Source: Catajapyx aquilonaris (Eukaryota). Taken from it: a stretch of DNA of 52,901 bases. The translations under genes were made by a program, and so were the position numbers. Below are positions 1 to 12,219 of the stretch, in pieces; the stretch's first letter is position 1; each line of letters begins with the position of its first letter. The DNA is taken from positions 1 through 52,901 of the forward strand of contig KZ538701.1 in assembly GCA_000934665.2 (NCBI GenBank), read 5' to 3'. A model generated the notes under the pieces. That model was not told the DNA's origin. It made no database searches and saw nothing but the letters and a program-made list of their open reading frames with translations.

Positions 1-167
1 AAGTGGCCACCCGGTGCGTAATCCTTCGGCAGGGGGTGGGTGGGGAGTGACCTAACCTGAGTCTTCAATAACCATGATCTATAGGGACCCCCACTGAACA
101 CTGAACACAGGAAAAAAGCTGACCCCGAGGAGGGGATCACAACAACAGACAATATACCTTACAAGCA

Positions 168-318
168 GCAGTGCCGGTCGCCGGATTTCCCAAAAGGCAA
201 AGTAGGCAAACGCCTAGAGAGGCAAATCTTTAGGGGCGGCAAATTTATTTTTTATTTTTTATTCGGCATGGGGAGGGTTTAACCCCCAACCCCCCCCCNC
301 CCGGTGTGCACGGCCCTG
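168..318. mobile_element. Probable hAT-type MITE
   Basis: CAGTGCCG...CGGCCCTG ends with AAGCAG on both flanks; the TSD is imperfect. Confidence 0.45.
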
Positions 319-980
319 AAGCAGCTACAAGCCTTGACTAGCTTGACTACCTGTACCCTTTCGCATTTCCCCTCCAGGCCTCCTCGATGCCAGACGCCCA
401 GAGATGGCCCTGCTTTCCTGCACTTGGTTTCCATCTGGCGCACGTGGTCTGGTCTGGCTGGCTCGGCTGGCTATTCGACAAAACAAAAGAGCCATGCAGT
501 GCGGCCTGGTGCGGTGCGGCCTGGGTGCGGCCCACATGTGCATGTACTGTACCCTTTGCATGTACCGTACCAGCGTCTTCTGCACTGTGTCTGTGTGACA
601 CCGGTGTGGCGGTATGGTACATGTGTGACTGTGACATGTGGTGTGAGTGGCACCCACGAACTACCCACACGCTTTGCTTGTGTTTGCAGTGGCTGAATCG
701 TGGGCTGAATATTGCTAGCTGCCTGTAATTATTAGAGCAATGCGCAAAAATAGTAACATCAAAATTGTGGGGAAGAATGTTATGCTGGTGCCATACAGAG
801 CTGCTCATGTTCTGAAGTAAGTTTGGGTACATACTGGTTTATGTTCCGTGAGTTCATGATGCCCACCAGCCAGTATGAAGTTAACTGCACTTTATCCTTC
901 AGAGTTACTATAATGTAGTTTGAATTCTGTGTTACCAACCCAATAGTTGAGTTGCCACTATATCACATGTCCCATTGCAG

Positions 981-1090
981 ATACCACCATTGGATGCAGT
1001 CTGAAACATTGTTAGAATTGACAGGATCTGAGCCTTTGACATTGGAAGAAGAGTTTTGCCTACAGCAGAGCTGGCTAAATGATGATCATA
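981..1090 (+). CDS. NAT9: NAT9 internal coding exon (YHHWM..NDDH)
   Basis: Acceptor ttgcag| at 980 and donor |gtgagt at 1091; contains the SEPLTLEEE motif. Confidence 0.92.
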
Positions 1091-4000
1091 GTGAGTATAT
1101 CATAATTATTACCCTGCCATCTACAGTATGCCAGCATTAATTTGGGAGCAGGTGTACTCCAGGGGCAGCTGGCTGGCCAGTATCAAGTAGGGTAATTTCG
1201 TGATTTTCTCTACTTAAAAATTACCACTTTTACCAGTATTCCAAAAAGAAAAAAGAAAAAGAGAAAAATCTTTAAATGTTGAAAGTATTTTATGCAGACA
1301 CAGACATGAACCCTAAAAAAGTAATCTGTAGGTCCAGTTAACATTATCATTAGTCCTCTAATAATGGAGTTTGGTTGGTTGGTTGGTGGTAGGAAGGGTT
1401 ACCCAGCTTGTATGGCTCTTTCTGAGTCGAGCCTTGGCAGCCGGGGTTAGGAGAGGAAGGTGTGGGATTGCAAGGTAGGGGGTGGGTTAGAAGGGTGGGG
1501 GAGAGGAGGGCTGGCCCCGGCTGTACTGCAATGCCGGGTCCAACCCAGGGACGGGGATGGGAGATTCTCCCAAGCACCCCGTCCGACCAAGAAATGCGAG
1601 TCAGGTCCGAGGACCGCTCGAGTAGGAGAGTACCTTCACTGGCGAACCAGCCGGGACCTCCATTGGGATATTGCTAATAATGGAGCTTAAATAAATATGC
1701 TATACACACATCGGATATAACATTTCAAGGAACCGCAGAAAAATGTATGTTATAGCCAAATCACCACTTTCTCAAATAATCCGCAAAGTTACCTGTTTTC
1801 CACATGCTTGTAATGCACATTCCATACTGATTAATGATATCCACTGTCATTTACAGGAGTTCAAGCCTGTAGAGCAGCAGTTCCCAACCTGGGGGTCGCA
1901 CATGCCCACGGTAATTGTTAGGAATTAAAAAATTACTTTAAAAAAATAAAAAATACAATTTTTATAGGCAATTTCATTGCGAAGGTTTTTCAACACCTAC
2001 TAACGGGTTGGGGGGGGGTAAGGTTACTTGACTATCATAAAAGGGGGTCGTGACCCGAAAAAGGTTGGGAACCACTGCTGTAGAGTGTAAACTTTCAAAG
2101 TGGACACGCTTCCACCAAGTACTTGGGAATTGCTCATTATAATTATTGGAAGGGATTATATGATGTACAGTGTTGGTCATTTATCGAGGCAACCGCCAGC
2201 GACATTTTCCGAAGCGGCAGAAGAAGGAATCTTGCTCGCCCGGCTTGTATAGCATGCTTATCTTCGATTCCTTCTTCTGCCGCTTCGGAAAATGTCGCTG
2301 GCGGTTGCCTCGATATATGACCAACGCTGTACTACTTGTTTTTGTCAAAGTCTTTGGCACTGAACAGTGCATTCATGGCCAACAGCCCATTACAATCAGT
2401 TGTGATCCATCCACATAACAAGGAGGCCAGCAAGAGAGCTGACTAGGGAGGTGCTGAGATTGTTGCCCTTGGGCCTCACTTGCTTCTCATGTGCACTTTG
2501 ACGTCCTTGATGGAAAAGGATTGCAAGACCTACAAGTGACAGTGGATATGAGCCTTAAGACATGTGAAATATATGTGGATTTTCTGACATTAATATGCTC
2601 TGATTTGTGTGCAATTTCCAACAACACGCAAGTAAAATATGTCATGAAAGCATTTCCATTTCAGAATGTACGTTCATCATCCTTGGAAGAGCAATGTATG
2701 ATACATCACATGATGAAGTTGGTGAGTACGTGTATTATTATAGGTCTTGGGCGTTGGATAAAGGTAAACCTGACGGACTAACTACACAATGGTGTAATAA
2801 ACTACTTGCACATCCTTATATTACTTTTGCGTGCACTATCAGACTATCTGCAAATAGTTTGCGAGAATTTCTTCACCCTGTGTATGAGGATTTTACCATA
2901 TACTGCACTGGGACAACAAATTGTACCTCTACCGAATATTGACCAACTTAACAATGGTAAAATAACAATGATGTATGCTTTTTGATGTAGTAAATACACG
3001 CAGGGAAATGTGATTTTTTCCCCATTTCATGTAGGCACCTGCAGCTATCGTTTTCCCTCATCAATTTTTTTTTTGTCCCAACAAAAACGATGCATTGAGG
3101 TTTCACTGTACTATAAAATATTTCACCTTGGATGATTCCATATTGATAAGTAGGCTTACTTCACAATGTTTATGTGTTATGTTAGCACAGGTCACATCTC
3201 AGGACAACCATGATCTTGTAACATACCATTGGCAGCACAAATGAATGTGCTTTTCACACAACCCCAACTCATGCAGACAGCAAATAATGTTTTGCAAGCA
3301 GAAATAAGACACCAAAAAGCATGTTTAGTTTCCAAAGTTATATTACATGTACACAATTTCTTCAGCCATCAGATTGGTATAATTTCAATTACAATTAAAT
3401 ACCACCTTACAGTAAAAGAAAATGAGAACTAAATTTGAACAAACTCGCAATAATGAGTTTTCAATCTTGTGAACAGAAGCACACATTTAAATATCAGTAC
3501 CAAATTCCACGGGAATGCAACACTAATAAGGGCTGGTTGTGTGATCAATGGTACATTCAGAGCAAGTTATTGATCCATGTTATTAATTGAGAGGCTAATC
3601 ACTTGTTCCAGATTTACTGTCAATCATACAACTGGCCCAAAGAAGACAGTGTGATTATACAAGGGTGATTTCAATGAATGTGAGCCAGGCAATGGTGCCC
3701 AGATCTGGTTGTTAAAAAAATCCAGGATAAAGAAATCCCAAGGCTATGGCTGTCTCAACTTGTTTGTGAATCATTTGGTTAACAGAGTGAGATTGGAAGC
3801 TGTCTTAGATGGAATGTTTGATGGCAGCCTGACAAAAGTCATACCTAGAGAATGGATTTCTAGGTTTTTACCTACTTTTTATTCTGTAGGCAGAACACCG
3901 AAACCAAAATATCTATCAGTTTCATAACACAAGGACCTCAAAAATTGTAGTTTTATAGAACCTACAATTGCCTATTTTGGGCATTGGGGCCTAAATGGCC

Positions 4001-7000
4001 TATTAGGACAGTCTATTTTCACTTTATTGATGCCGTTCTGTAAGTTTTCGAGAGTTTTGAGGGTTTCCGTTCAAGGCATCTCACCCGCTTCAACCTGTGA
4101 AGGGAGAAGCCGTAGGCGTACCAGATGAATTTACTGTAGAAGACATTTTTTTCACTTTTCAAGTATGATCCAGTTACTTCGTGTGAGTCGAAATGCCATT
4201 TTCAGCGTATCAAGATGTATTGTCAGACAGATGTCACCAAATAACAGCGATCAACCAACAAAAATATGGAACAACTGCTAGTTTGTTACCGTGCTACAAA
4301 ATTCCGTGGCAAAGAGTAGGCTGTAATGTTGCATAGCAATGAAAATAAATTAGGACCTGCTTGATTTTTACAGCTTATTTAAGAGCCTATTTTGACAATT
4401 TTCAGGGCCTAAATGCTATTTGAGGGTTTTTAAAACCTAAAAAAATCAGTTCTTCATAACATCAATGATCAATATGGATGAGATGTCCTTGGATGTAATT
4501 TGATCAATTGTGTTGGACCCCATTTCTGATCTGTTAGCAGTGGAGCAAGGAGATGCCGTAAAATGTGTTTTTCTCTAGGCCACACTATCACTTGTAGTGG
4601 AATGTTTTTGCTTGCAATATTGTTGAAAGGTGAAACTTTTTCTTCTTCTTATTGGTTCAGGAATAGGAACAATCCTGCTTTGAAAGTTGTGGTTTTGCAA
4701 CTTTTCCAGCCTAATTTTGCTACAAAGTGTGATGAAAAGGTGGATTTATACAGTATTTCATTTGTTGACAATAATGTTAGTTCAATAATTAGTTTTACAC
4801 TTCAGTATATTTGGTACTCTCAAAACTTTGGATGAGCTTTGTTGATCTTAACTGACAGAATATTTCACCAAAATGTTTAATTGAAAATTATCCAAAGAAA
4901 TTTATCACAGTGACATATATCTTATGACTTAATACAGTGTAAGATTATTAAACAGCTGGATTATCCTAAGCCTCATGATCCATCCAATGAATATATTCAC
5001 AGCCATTTCTGTGTGCACAACCAGCTAGCTCACATGCATTTGATTCACTCATACAGAAGGTCTTCCTAACCTATATAGAATAACAATTTTATTGAGCACG
5101 TAGCATGTGCCCACTTTTGATAATAGCCCACTACATGTTTACAAATGCTAGAATCAACAAAGAAAAGGTGGCAGAATTTGATCATATGGTAGATACATGT
5201 GATAATAACACTTTTCCCACATGATAAAATCCTGTCCAACCTGGAGATTGAACTCAGGATGTAACAAGTAGTATGACTTGTCCTAAACTACTACACCACC
5301 ATGCCACCAAATGCCCTTAAGCATTGACTTATTTGAGTTCTTTATGCATCATTTTGACATCTGCTTTTGACCTCCATATCCATCTGTTGGAATGTCACAT
5401 ATTCCCACTATCCCTGTTGGCACCCTGAGGGGGGAAGAAAGGAGCAGGGGCGTAACTATCATAGGGGGAGGTGGGGCGACTGCTCCAGGGCCCCAGAGCA
5501 AAGGGGCCCCCGAATCGACGAGTTTTAGAAAAATGGGAGGAAACCCACAAATCCATAATAGACCCATACGTCTATCACCTATATTCTATAAGACGTATGA
5601 AAGCGGGTTCGATCCAATCAATTCGGGGACGTACTATCTCACTGTGAGACTCTCGCAGTCACAGTGTCAGTAATCAGTATGGCACAAAAACATTGAAATG
5701 AGAAATCATTATAGTAATAGTATTACTATGGAGGGGACCCCGCGTACCTTTTTGCACCAGGGCCCCCAAAAGTCTTGTTACGCCCCTGGAAAGGAGGGAG
5801 ATGTGCATGGAGAATGCGCATGATCAGTTCTTTTGGCTAAAATTTGGTGATGTGGGAGCACTAATTTGACACAGAAGAATCAGACCCACTTCAGCCAATG
5901 TGGATGTAAGCTTAATTCTGAAATTCACAGTATTCTTTGTCAGACCCGATGATTTTGCACTAATTCACAAGGTGGCATAAATGGGAGCAGTGGAACTCCT
6001 CAACTGTTCATTTGAGTATATCAGATACAGCATGATAAGAAAACACTTTACATCTCAAGACTTTCCTGTACTTATTCGCTCTCCTGTGAATGAATTACTG
6101 CTCTCTCGCTTGCTGTTCCTTGACCTGTAAAGGTAATCCAATGTTAGATCCACAGCATATGGGCTTAAACTGTGATCAGAGCTGTCATGCTGCTAGTTAG
6201 TAACATGCGAGATAAAATTATGTGGAGTAAAAAATGGAGGAAACTTGAGGACAGATACATTCCCTTGACAATGCCAAGAATCAACTTGGAACATTTTAAA
6301 AGCATCAGTCTCCTGGTTATGTTTTAGTATTTGCACAGCTCACCAAAAGATAGCCCAACCCTGCAGTCTTATTCTGGAATCTCCTGGACTTGCACTGCAA
6401 CAGCCTTATTTTGACATCCAGTGTCATCACAGAATTCCATAACTCACTACTCACTGACCATTAGCACCAATATTAGACATGCCATACGTATATCATCATT
6501 CATTGTCATGTATACTTCAGTGTGACACACGACTCGAAGCACATGTGTATAAAATTTCCCTAACATACTTTCCAGTAGCAGTTTATGTTGGTGTTTATGT
6601 GCCAGAGATACAAATGGGAGAGCTAAAGCAAACAGCAGTAGTGTACCTACAACATGTAGTAAGTTATTTTGTAATATTGTGATGAATCATTCTAAAGGCG
6701 CTTATTTCTGCCATGAGGGGAAGTAAAAGTAAGCATGTGAAAACTAGCCATTATGACCACCCATTCTAGCCACTCCGACCAAGCCTGCTTGATGCATCAA
6801 TGTCCCCTTGAGGCAGAAATAGACAGGTATGACATGATGCAATGCAATTCACTACTGATTTTCAAAAGTAGGGTAAGGGCAATTCCATGCGTTACGTACA
6901 GACAATCGGAAGCTGTATTGAGGTGTTTAGGAGTCCACCGCGGCTAGGTACTTGCCGTAATAGATTAACTGTTATGAAAATCAGATGCAGCGCAGAAATG

Positions 7001-10000
7001 TGAAGGTGAGGGACATCATGGAAATTTCCTTCGATGGCCATCCACGCGTGTGCGATTGTCTGAAATCTCGTTACGTACAATCCGTCATTGGACACCAGTT
7101 TCTGGGGTATATGCAACTAGGGGGAAACTCTGCGAAATTTGACAGCACAGGTTTCGAAGCTCAAGTGCATGTGGGGCAGTAGGGTGCGAGGAACCTCATC
7201 ATGCCATTAGATTGGGAGAATTCTCATTTTGAACGTGAAAACATTTGAGATATCCACCCGTTACGTACCACCCGGCATCGTTACGTACAACCTACAGCGA
7301 TTTACTGGGAGTAGCATAAATTTTTGGAGATTGAAATGTCTGTGAATTCATAATCTTATAATGGCTCCGCTGCACTGAAATAGGAACTAGGTCAGTTTTT
7401 GCCCTTTGGATACCTTTTGGTGTGGCTGTGGAAGGTCACACATTCATGAATACAGCAAAGTGATTGCACAGGTCGATGTTGCATTTTGTGCCCTTGAATT
7501 ATATGAAAACGTCTGTCTCTCTTCCTTTCACATATCGCTACAGCGAATAACCAGCTGGCAATGCGCATTAGCCAAACGGATATCACAGAGCGCACGCTTA
7601 GATACTCTGGGAATAATACTGTGTTGTTGGGAATGATACTGTCACGAACTAACATGTCTAAGGAAACCATGGTCCACATGCTATCGGTTTTAGTCACTCA
7701 GATTCCAACTGCGTCAAGATGTAAGAACCGCACCCCATGTCCGCTCTTTCGTGGAATTGCCCGTAAGTAAGGGACTAAGGGTAAAGGTTTTTCCAATAAT
7801 TTCTCCCCAAAAGTCATATAATGACAGAGGCCCTTAATTACTCGAGGATACCAACACCAGGCTGATTGATGGCCAGTTGTTTCAATGTCAGTTAAGGGAG
7901 TTATGTAAACAAGTCCTAACTCCATAGTTAAGCTTAACTCATTTTCATACAACCCGCCCTTAATCACTTTGGAATCGTGGTACCATATGTTGTAAGCTTA
8001 TGCCCAACACACTCTGCCAAACCTAATCCTTCACATCTTGGTCACTCCTCTATACAGCCTTTTGCATGTCAAAAATATTCTGTATGTGCTGAACTTGTGA
8101 AGCTTACTTGATGCATGATATCCACCATAGTCTCAACCATGGAGGATGCGCAAAGACTACTTGACTTATTAGAAAAGGATGTACAACAATGGCAGACTGC
8201 ACATGGCAGTTGTTGCTTGGGCATTTCTCCAAGTCTCATAAAGTTCAAGGGATGCACCTGAGCAGCCCCCCGCAACTCTCTGTCTAGCCCTATGGTGACT
8301 GTAGTTTAATATAAAAGTCCTCGCCAGCCTGGAATTTGGCACTGGAGGCACTTCATTGTGGCCCCGGACTCACTTGGGCAGACGCCTTGTTGCCATCTGA
8401 ATCGTTCTGAACCAATCCAAACCAAACAAAAACCAAACCTAAACCACTTCAGAGCTCTCTCGGGATGGGTAGGAAACCTAAACAAGGCCAAGGGCACTGG
8501 ACTTTTTAATCCTGACACACCGCATGCACCTCACAACATAGCGGCATATGCGGCAGATCCGCCCACCACCCACCCAAGTGAGTCTGGGTACCCGCTGGAG
8601 CACCAAGGGAGTAAAATTCTCGCTAACTAACAACAGTAGGACCGAAATCTTTTCTGTGCAAGTGTAACTGACCTCTCTCTTACACATGTTGGTGGTACTT
8701 TTCCCATATTATTAATACGAGTATTTTTAAAAGACATTTGCATGCAGAAGTAATTTACACTGTCATGAAATTTTAAGTTATGTCGTATCAAGCACCCAAA
8801 AATGCGGAAAAAAGAGGTGCTCCTGACCTATGAAGCCAATTTTTATGATTAGTTATAACTTATAAGTCCTACAACCTTTCGGCAAATAATGTGTCAAAAT
8901 TTGACTGATTTGTACGCTAGCGTGGGGCTTTTGAGAACTACTAGCAGTTGGGAGAACCCTCATTTTCAAGGTTTTTGTTGTGCCTAGAGGGGATGGTCAA
9001 CCGCAAATGCGACCCTTCTTTTATGTAGGGAGGGTGGCCTCGAGTGTCTCCTCTTTCATCCAGACTTGGGACGCGAAGAAGGTACAAATTATCTTTATCC
9101 CTCCTTAAACTATCGTATCAGAGGAGTTGCATGGGGCTGCACCTGAGTCTAGTAGTCTAGTGTGTGTGCTTCTGTCCAAAAGCTTGGAAACCCATATGAA
9201 ACTGGGGTATGGGACTTAAAAGTGTTCCACATAATTTATTGTTTTCCTGCCTTCCCCCCTTCCCCCCCCCCCCNNNNNNNNNNNNNNNCCGCCTGCAAGT
9301 AAAGCGAAAACAGTGCAAACATGCAATTAGGGGCAAATGGTGTCAAACTCGACATAACTGAACAGAACTGGTAGATGGAACGTGTTCACCAGTCACTTGA
9401 AAAGCTACTGTTTTTGCATGAGAGTATAGATAATAATCAGTTGCTACCAATTTCCTTCCTTCCAGAAGCAATGATAGGTGACACCAACTTGTACTTCAAC
9501 AATTCAGAAGCACCTCATGAGGCAGAAGCGGAGATCATGATTGCAGAGCCAGCAGCCAGGAAGCAACATTTTGGTTGGGAAGCAATGCTTCTAATGATGC
9601 ACTTTGGTAAGAGCTTTGCACAAGATCAGGCAATTGGATGGTTGGGGGCAGGAGGAGGACAGGTGGCAGGAAGGGAAGAATGATGGTTCAATATCTTGGC
9701 ACAATTGGACAGATTGAGCTCCACATTTGATAACAGGTAGCAAAAGTTTTTGTTGTTGGGGAGGCATGGTGGTCCAGTGGTTACGCCACTGGCCAGCCAA
9801 GCGGGAGGCCGGGGTTCAAATCCTGTCCCCGTCACCTCTGCTTGGCCGGGTCTTTTTCCGCTTTTAACCCGACATGCCGGGGCAGAATTGCACTCCCTAC
9901 TCTGCCCGGGGCCAGCAGAAAAGGTCTGGTGTATTTCACAAGAGTCAGAAATGACTAAAAATTCAGTGCCCTCCCAAGGGAACCTCCCCTTCCCCCCCTA

Positions 10001-10552
10001 AGAGGGCTCCACCTTATCACGGGGTATTTTTTTAAAAAGAAAAAAGAAAATAAAAGAAAAAAGTTTTTGTTGGATGAAAACAGGTTTTCTATTCCTGAAT
10101 ATAATACATGAACAAAGCTGGGTCATTGCTCACTGGGCATAGAAGGACCCAGCTGCATCTGCAGTAGATATGGAACCACCATCCAAATGCACAGCTGTTT
10201 TGCCTCCAACATGGAATATTACATTACACTTTAAAACTCATTTCAGGTGTAAAAGAACTAGGTGTTACTAATTATCAAGCAAAGATCAAGGACAACAATG
10301 ATGCCAGCATCAACATGTTCCAGAAAATTGGTTTTAAAGAGGTAAATGAACTTAGAATTAGGTTCAGCCTGTATTTCATAATTAATGTGGAGTTTCACTA
10401 TTACTGATTAATATTTTTGACATTTCTAGGTTTCCCATAGCTCAGTGTTTGGTGAAACAACATATGCATTGCCAGTGACAGAAACATGGAAGGACTGGCT
10501 TTCCAGTGAAACAAGTGACAGTGAAACCATTGTTATAAGTGAGCAGCATTAA
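981..10552 (+). CDS. NAT9: N-acetyltransferase 9-like protein (GNAT family), 5'-partial; join(981..1090,2665..2721,9466..9606,10247..10341,10430..10552)
   Basis: All introns are GT-AG and the phases are compatible. The spliced product YHHWMQSETLLELTGSEPLTLEEEF..SWLNDDHKCTFIIL..EAMIGDTNLYF..AEAEIMIAEPAARKQHFGWEAMLLMMHFGVKELGVTNYQAKIKDNNDASINMFQKIGFKEVSHSSVFGETT..* follows the NAT9 motifs (YHEWM, SEPLTLE, DKCTFI, GDVNLF, EVMIAE, SSVFQE). The start-codon exon is outside the window. Confidence 0.93.
1370..1673 (-). mobile_element. GC-rich retroposed element with (CCAA)n tail, copy 1
   Basis: TSD CTAATAATGGAG at 1358-69 and 1674-85; (TTGG)n at the left end; homologous to 24288-24633. Confidence 0.75.
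1875..2077. mobile_element. hAT-type MITE
   Basis: CAGCAGTTCCCAACC...GGTTGGGAACCACTG with 8-bp TSD CTGTAGAG. Confidence 0.85.
2168..2329. mobile_element. TA-flanked foldback MITE (64-bp near-perfect TIRs)
   Basis: 2168-2231 is the reverse complement of 2266-2329 with 2 mismatches; TA on both sides. Confidence 0.85.
2665..2721 (+). CDS. NAT9: NAT9 coding exon (KCTFIILGRAMYDTSHDEV)
   Basis: Acceptor tttcag| and donor |gtgagt; phase 1 at both ends fits the neighbouring exons; contains the KCTFI motif. Confidence 0.88.
3530..3638. mobile_element. PIF/Harbinger-type MITE (degenerate)
   Basis: TAA|GGGCTGGTTGTGTGAT...ATCATACAACTGGCCC. Confidence 0.5.
5445..5788. mobile_element. hAT-type MITE
   Basis: TIR CAGGGGCGTAAC/GTTACGCCCCTG with 8-bp TSD GAAAGGAG. 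Confidence 0.85.
6877..7762. mobile_element. Non-autonomous Sola-like element in a NAT9 intron
   Basis: 11-bp TIR GGGCAATTCCA/TGGAATTGCCC and 4-bp TSD GTAA on both sides; four internal CGTTACGTAC motifs. Confidence 0.7.
9466..9606 (+). CDS. NAT9: NAT9 coding exon (EAMIGDTNLYF..LMMHF)
   Basis: Polypyrimidine tract plus ccag| acceptor and |gtaag donor; contains the GNAT acetyl-CoA-binding region EIMIAEPAARKQHFG. Confidence 0.92.
9756..10058 (+). mobile_element. tRNA-derived SINE in a NAT9 intron
   Basis: A box TGGTCCAGTGG and B box GGTTCAAATCC; tail CCCCTAAGAGGGC..ATCACGGGGTA plus A-rich end; TSD AAAAGTTTTTGTTG. Confidence 0.85.
10247..10341 (+). CDS. NAT9: NAT9 coding exon (GVKELG..KIGFKE)
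   Basis: Acceptor tttcag| and donor |gtaaat; AKI..NDASINMFQKIGF matches the NAT9 pattern AKI..NEPSIRMFQKL.F. Confidence 0.9.
10430..10552 (+). CDS. NAT9: NAT9 last coding exon (VSHSSVFGETT..EQH*)
   Basis: Acceptor ttctag|; SSVF.E.T motif; TAA stop at 10550-10552. Confidence 0.88.
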   Translation, partial: VSHSSVFGETTYALPVTETWKDWLSSETSDSETIVISEQH

Positions 10553-11322
10553 AGGATATGGAGACTGCAATCACTCTTGACTAATAACATCTCATGTTGC
10601 GCAATATGATTATAGTGGAATTGACATTGGGCCAGATACAAATAAGCTCATATCATGAACATGCTTTGTCATCTTTGGGCATCATTGACCATTGCATGTG
10701 ATGTGGTTTGACTTGCCATCTAGTTTAAAAATAAGTTTAACTCAAATTAGCCTCTAACATAAGAGACGATACTCTCTCTGCCTCACGAGTCATGAGGTAG
10801 TGGCAGGATCGCCTCTCTTAGAGGCTAATGTGAGCTTCAGGCTGGCTAACACAATCATTTCCGCTAATTCACTGTGCATCATATAAGTCCAGGTAGTTGC
10901 CTAGTTACAGACCATGCTTGGGATGGTTCTTCTACCGCATTGGTGCAGTAAAGAGAAACTATATTATAACTGCATCTTTTTCTGCTGACATTTGTTTCTT
11001 AGAGTAAACCCTTTTTTTCAAATTCAACACTTCGACCCATCAGAGTCCAGCAGTGAGTCATTGAAGCACATTCTACTGTACTGTTTTACTTCCCATGGAT
11101 GGTGGATGTGAAAGTAATGCTTCATTTGTACTTTTCAACACAAAAGCGAAAATGAGCAACCACTGTGGCACTGTTGTGAGCTTCGCTTTATATGGATAAC
11201 AGATAAAGAGTACTATGATTTTGAGGTACAGGGACCAAGTAAACCACCTTAAGGAACAATAATTTTTCTAGGCTGACCTATTTTAAGACAATCAACTCCA
11301 GATATAAAAACCTCGGCTATAA

Positions 11323-12219
11323 CCTCCTGAGACCTGGTGTCGACATATGTCGACATCAGCAAAAGATTTTTTTGGCGCCAACCAGTGATGCCAACAGAAC
11401 TGTAATAGGCTGGTATCCCATGGTTACAATCTGGCCTCAATAGCTGTAGCCACCTAGCGTCGAATATCTGGCTTGGTCCGCGAAAATTAAATCGCGGAAA
11501 AAATGGCGGATGCCGCTGCTGAAGCTTAGGCGCTCATCTGATCAGTTTTATTTTTTTACTCATATTTAGAATGCGATTTTCGCAATGCAGTGAATGTCCT
11601 GGGATTCGCAAGGAATGTGTCTTAGGAACTGCGAAAAGATGATTCTGTGACAATCTTTGTTGCTGTAGAGAACTGGTCATTTTCTTTTCTTCCTGAGACA
11701 AAATGTCCATTTAAATGGACATCCGAAAAATGGCATTTTTAGCTGAATGGGTGTGACTTTTCTTTACCTGCCTGTACCTATACACCCATAAGGAAGTGAG
11801 TTTTGCACTATGCTGTTCAGTTTTGAAATCTAGGATAGTAAGGTACCACTTTAGCGGGTAAGAAGGGAAGGAGCAAGCCCCATGCCTGGAGTGGTGGCGT
11901 TAAAAAATGATTTCATTTATCTTTAATTGTCTTCTGAGAGGAATTGCTACCACTAATTCCACAAATTAATTTTAAAAACATTGTTTGGAGGATAGAGCAC
12001 TATGTGAGGGATCCATTAAGTGGTATTTCAATTTTCAGCTTGCATCCATTCTGCTTTTGTAGCACCAATTGGGTCCTAATGTTCCCATTGGTTGTTTGTC
12101 GCCATTTTTGTCGATATTTTAAAACTAAATTTTTTTTCTTGTTTCTTATTGGGAACATGTTCAGAAAATGCAATAGGAACTGACATTGCGTTAAAAAATT
12201 CTTCTCAGGTCTCAGGAGG
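11323..12219. mobile_element. piggyBac-like non-autonomous element with ATAA TSD
   Basis: Perfect 14-bp TIR CCTCCTGAGACCTG/CAGGTCTCAGGAGG with ATAA on both sides. A solo matching end (GGTCTCAGGAGG) occurs at ~16243-16254. Confidence 0.7.

Noticed and set aside
304..832. Several overlapping 110-160-aa ORFs
   Set aside because: Low-complexity GT-rich intronic sequence with no protein motifs; not the missing NAT9 first exon.
6000..6420. Exon-like minus-strand segments with splice-like sites (also 8050-8330)
   Set aside because: No coherent ORF or recognisable protein; probably decayed transposon sequence.
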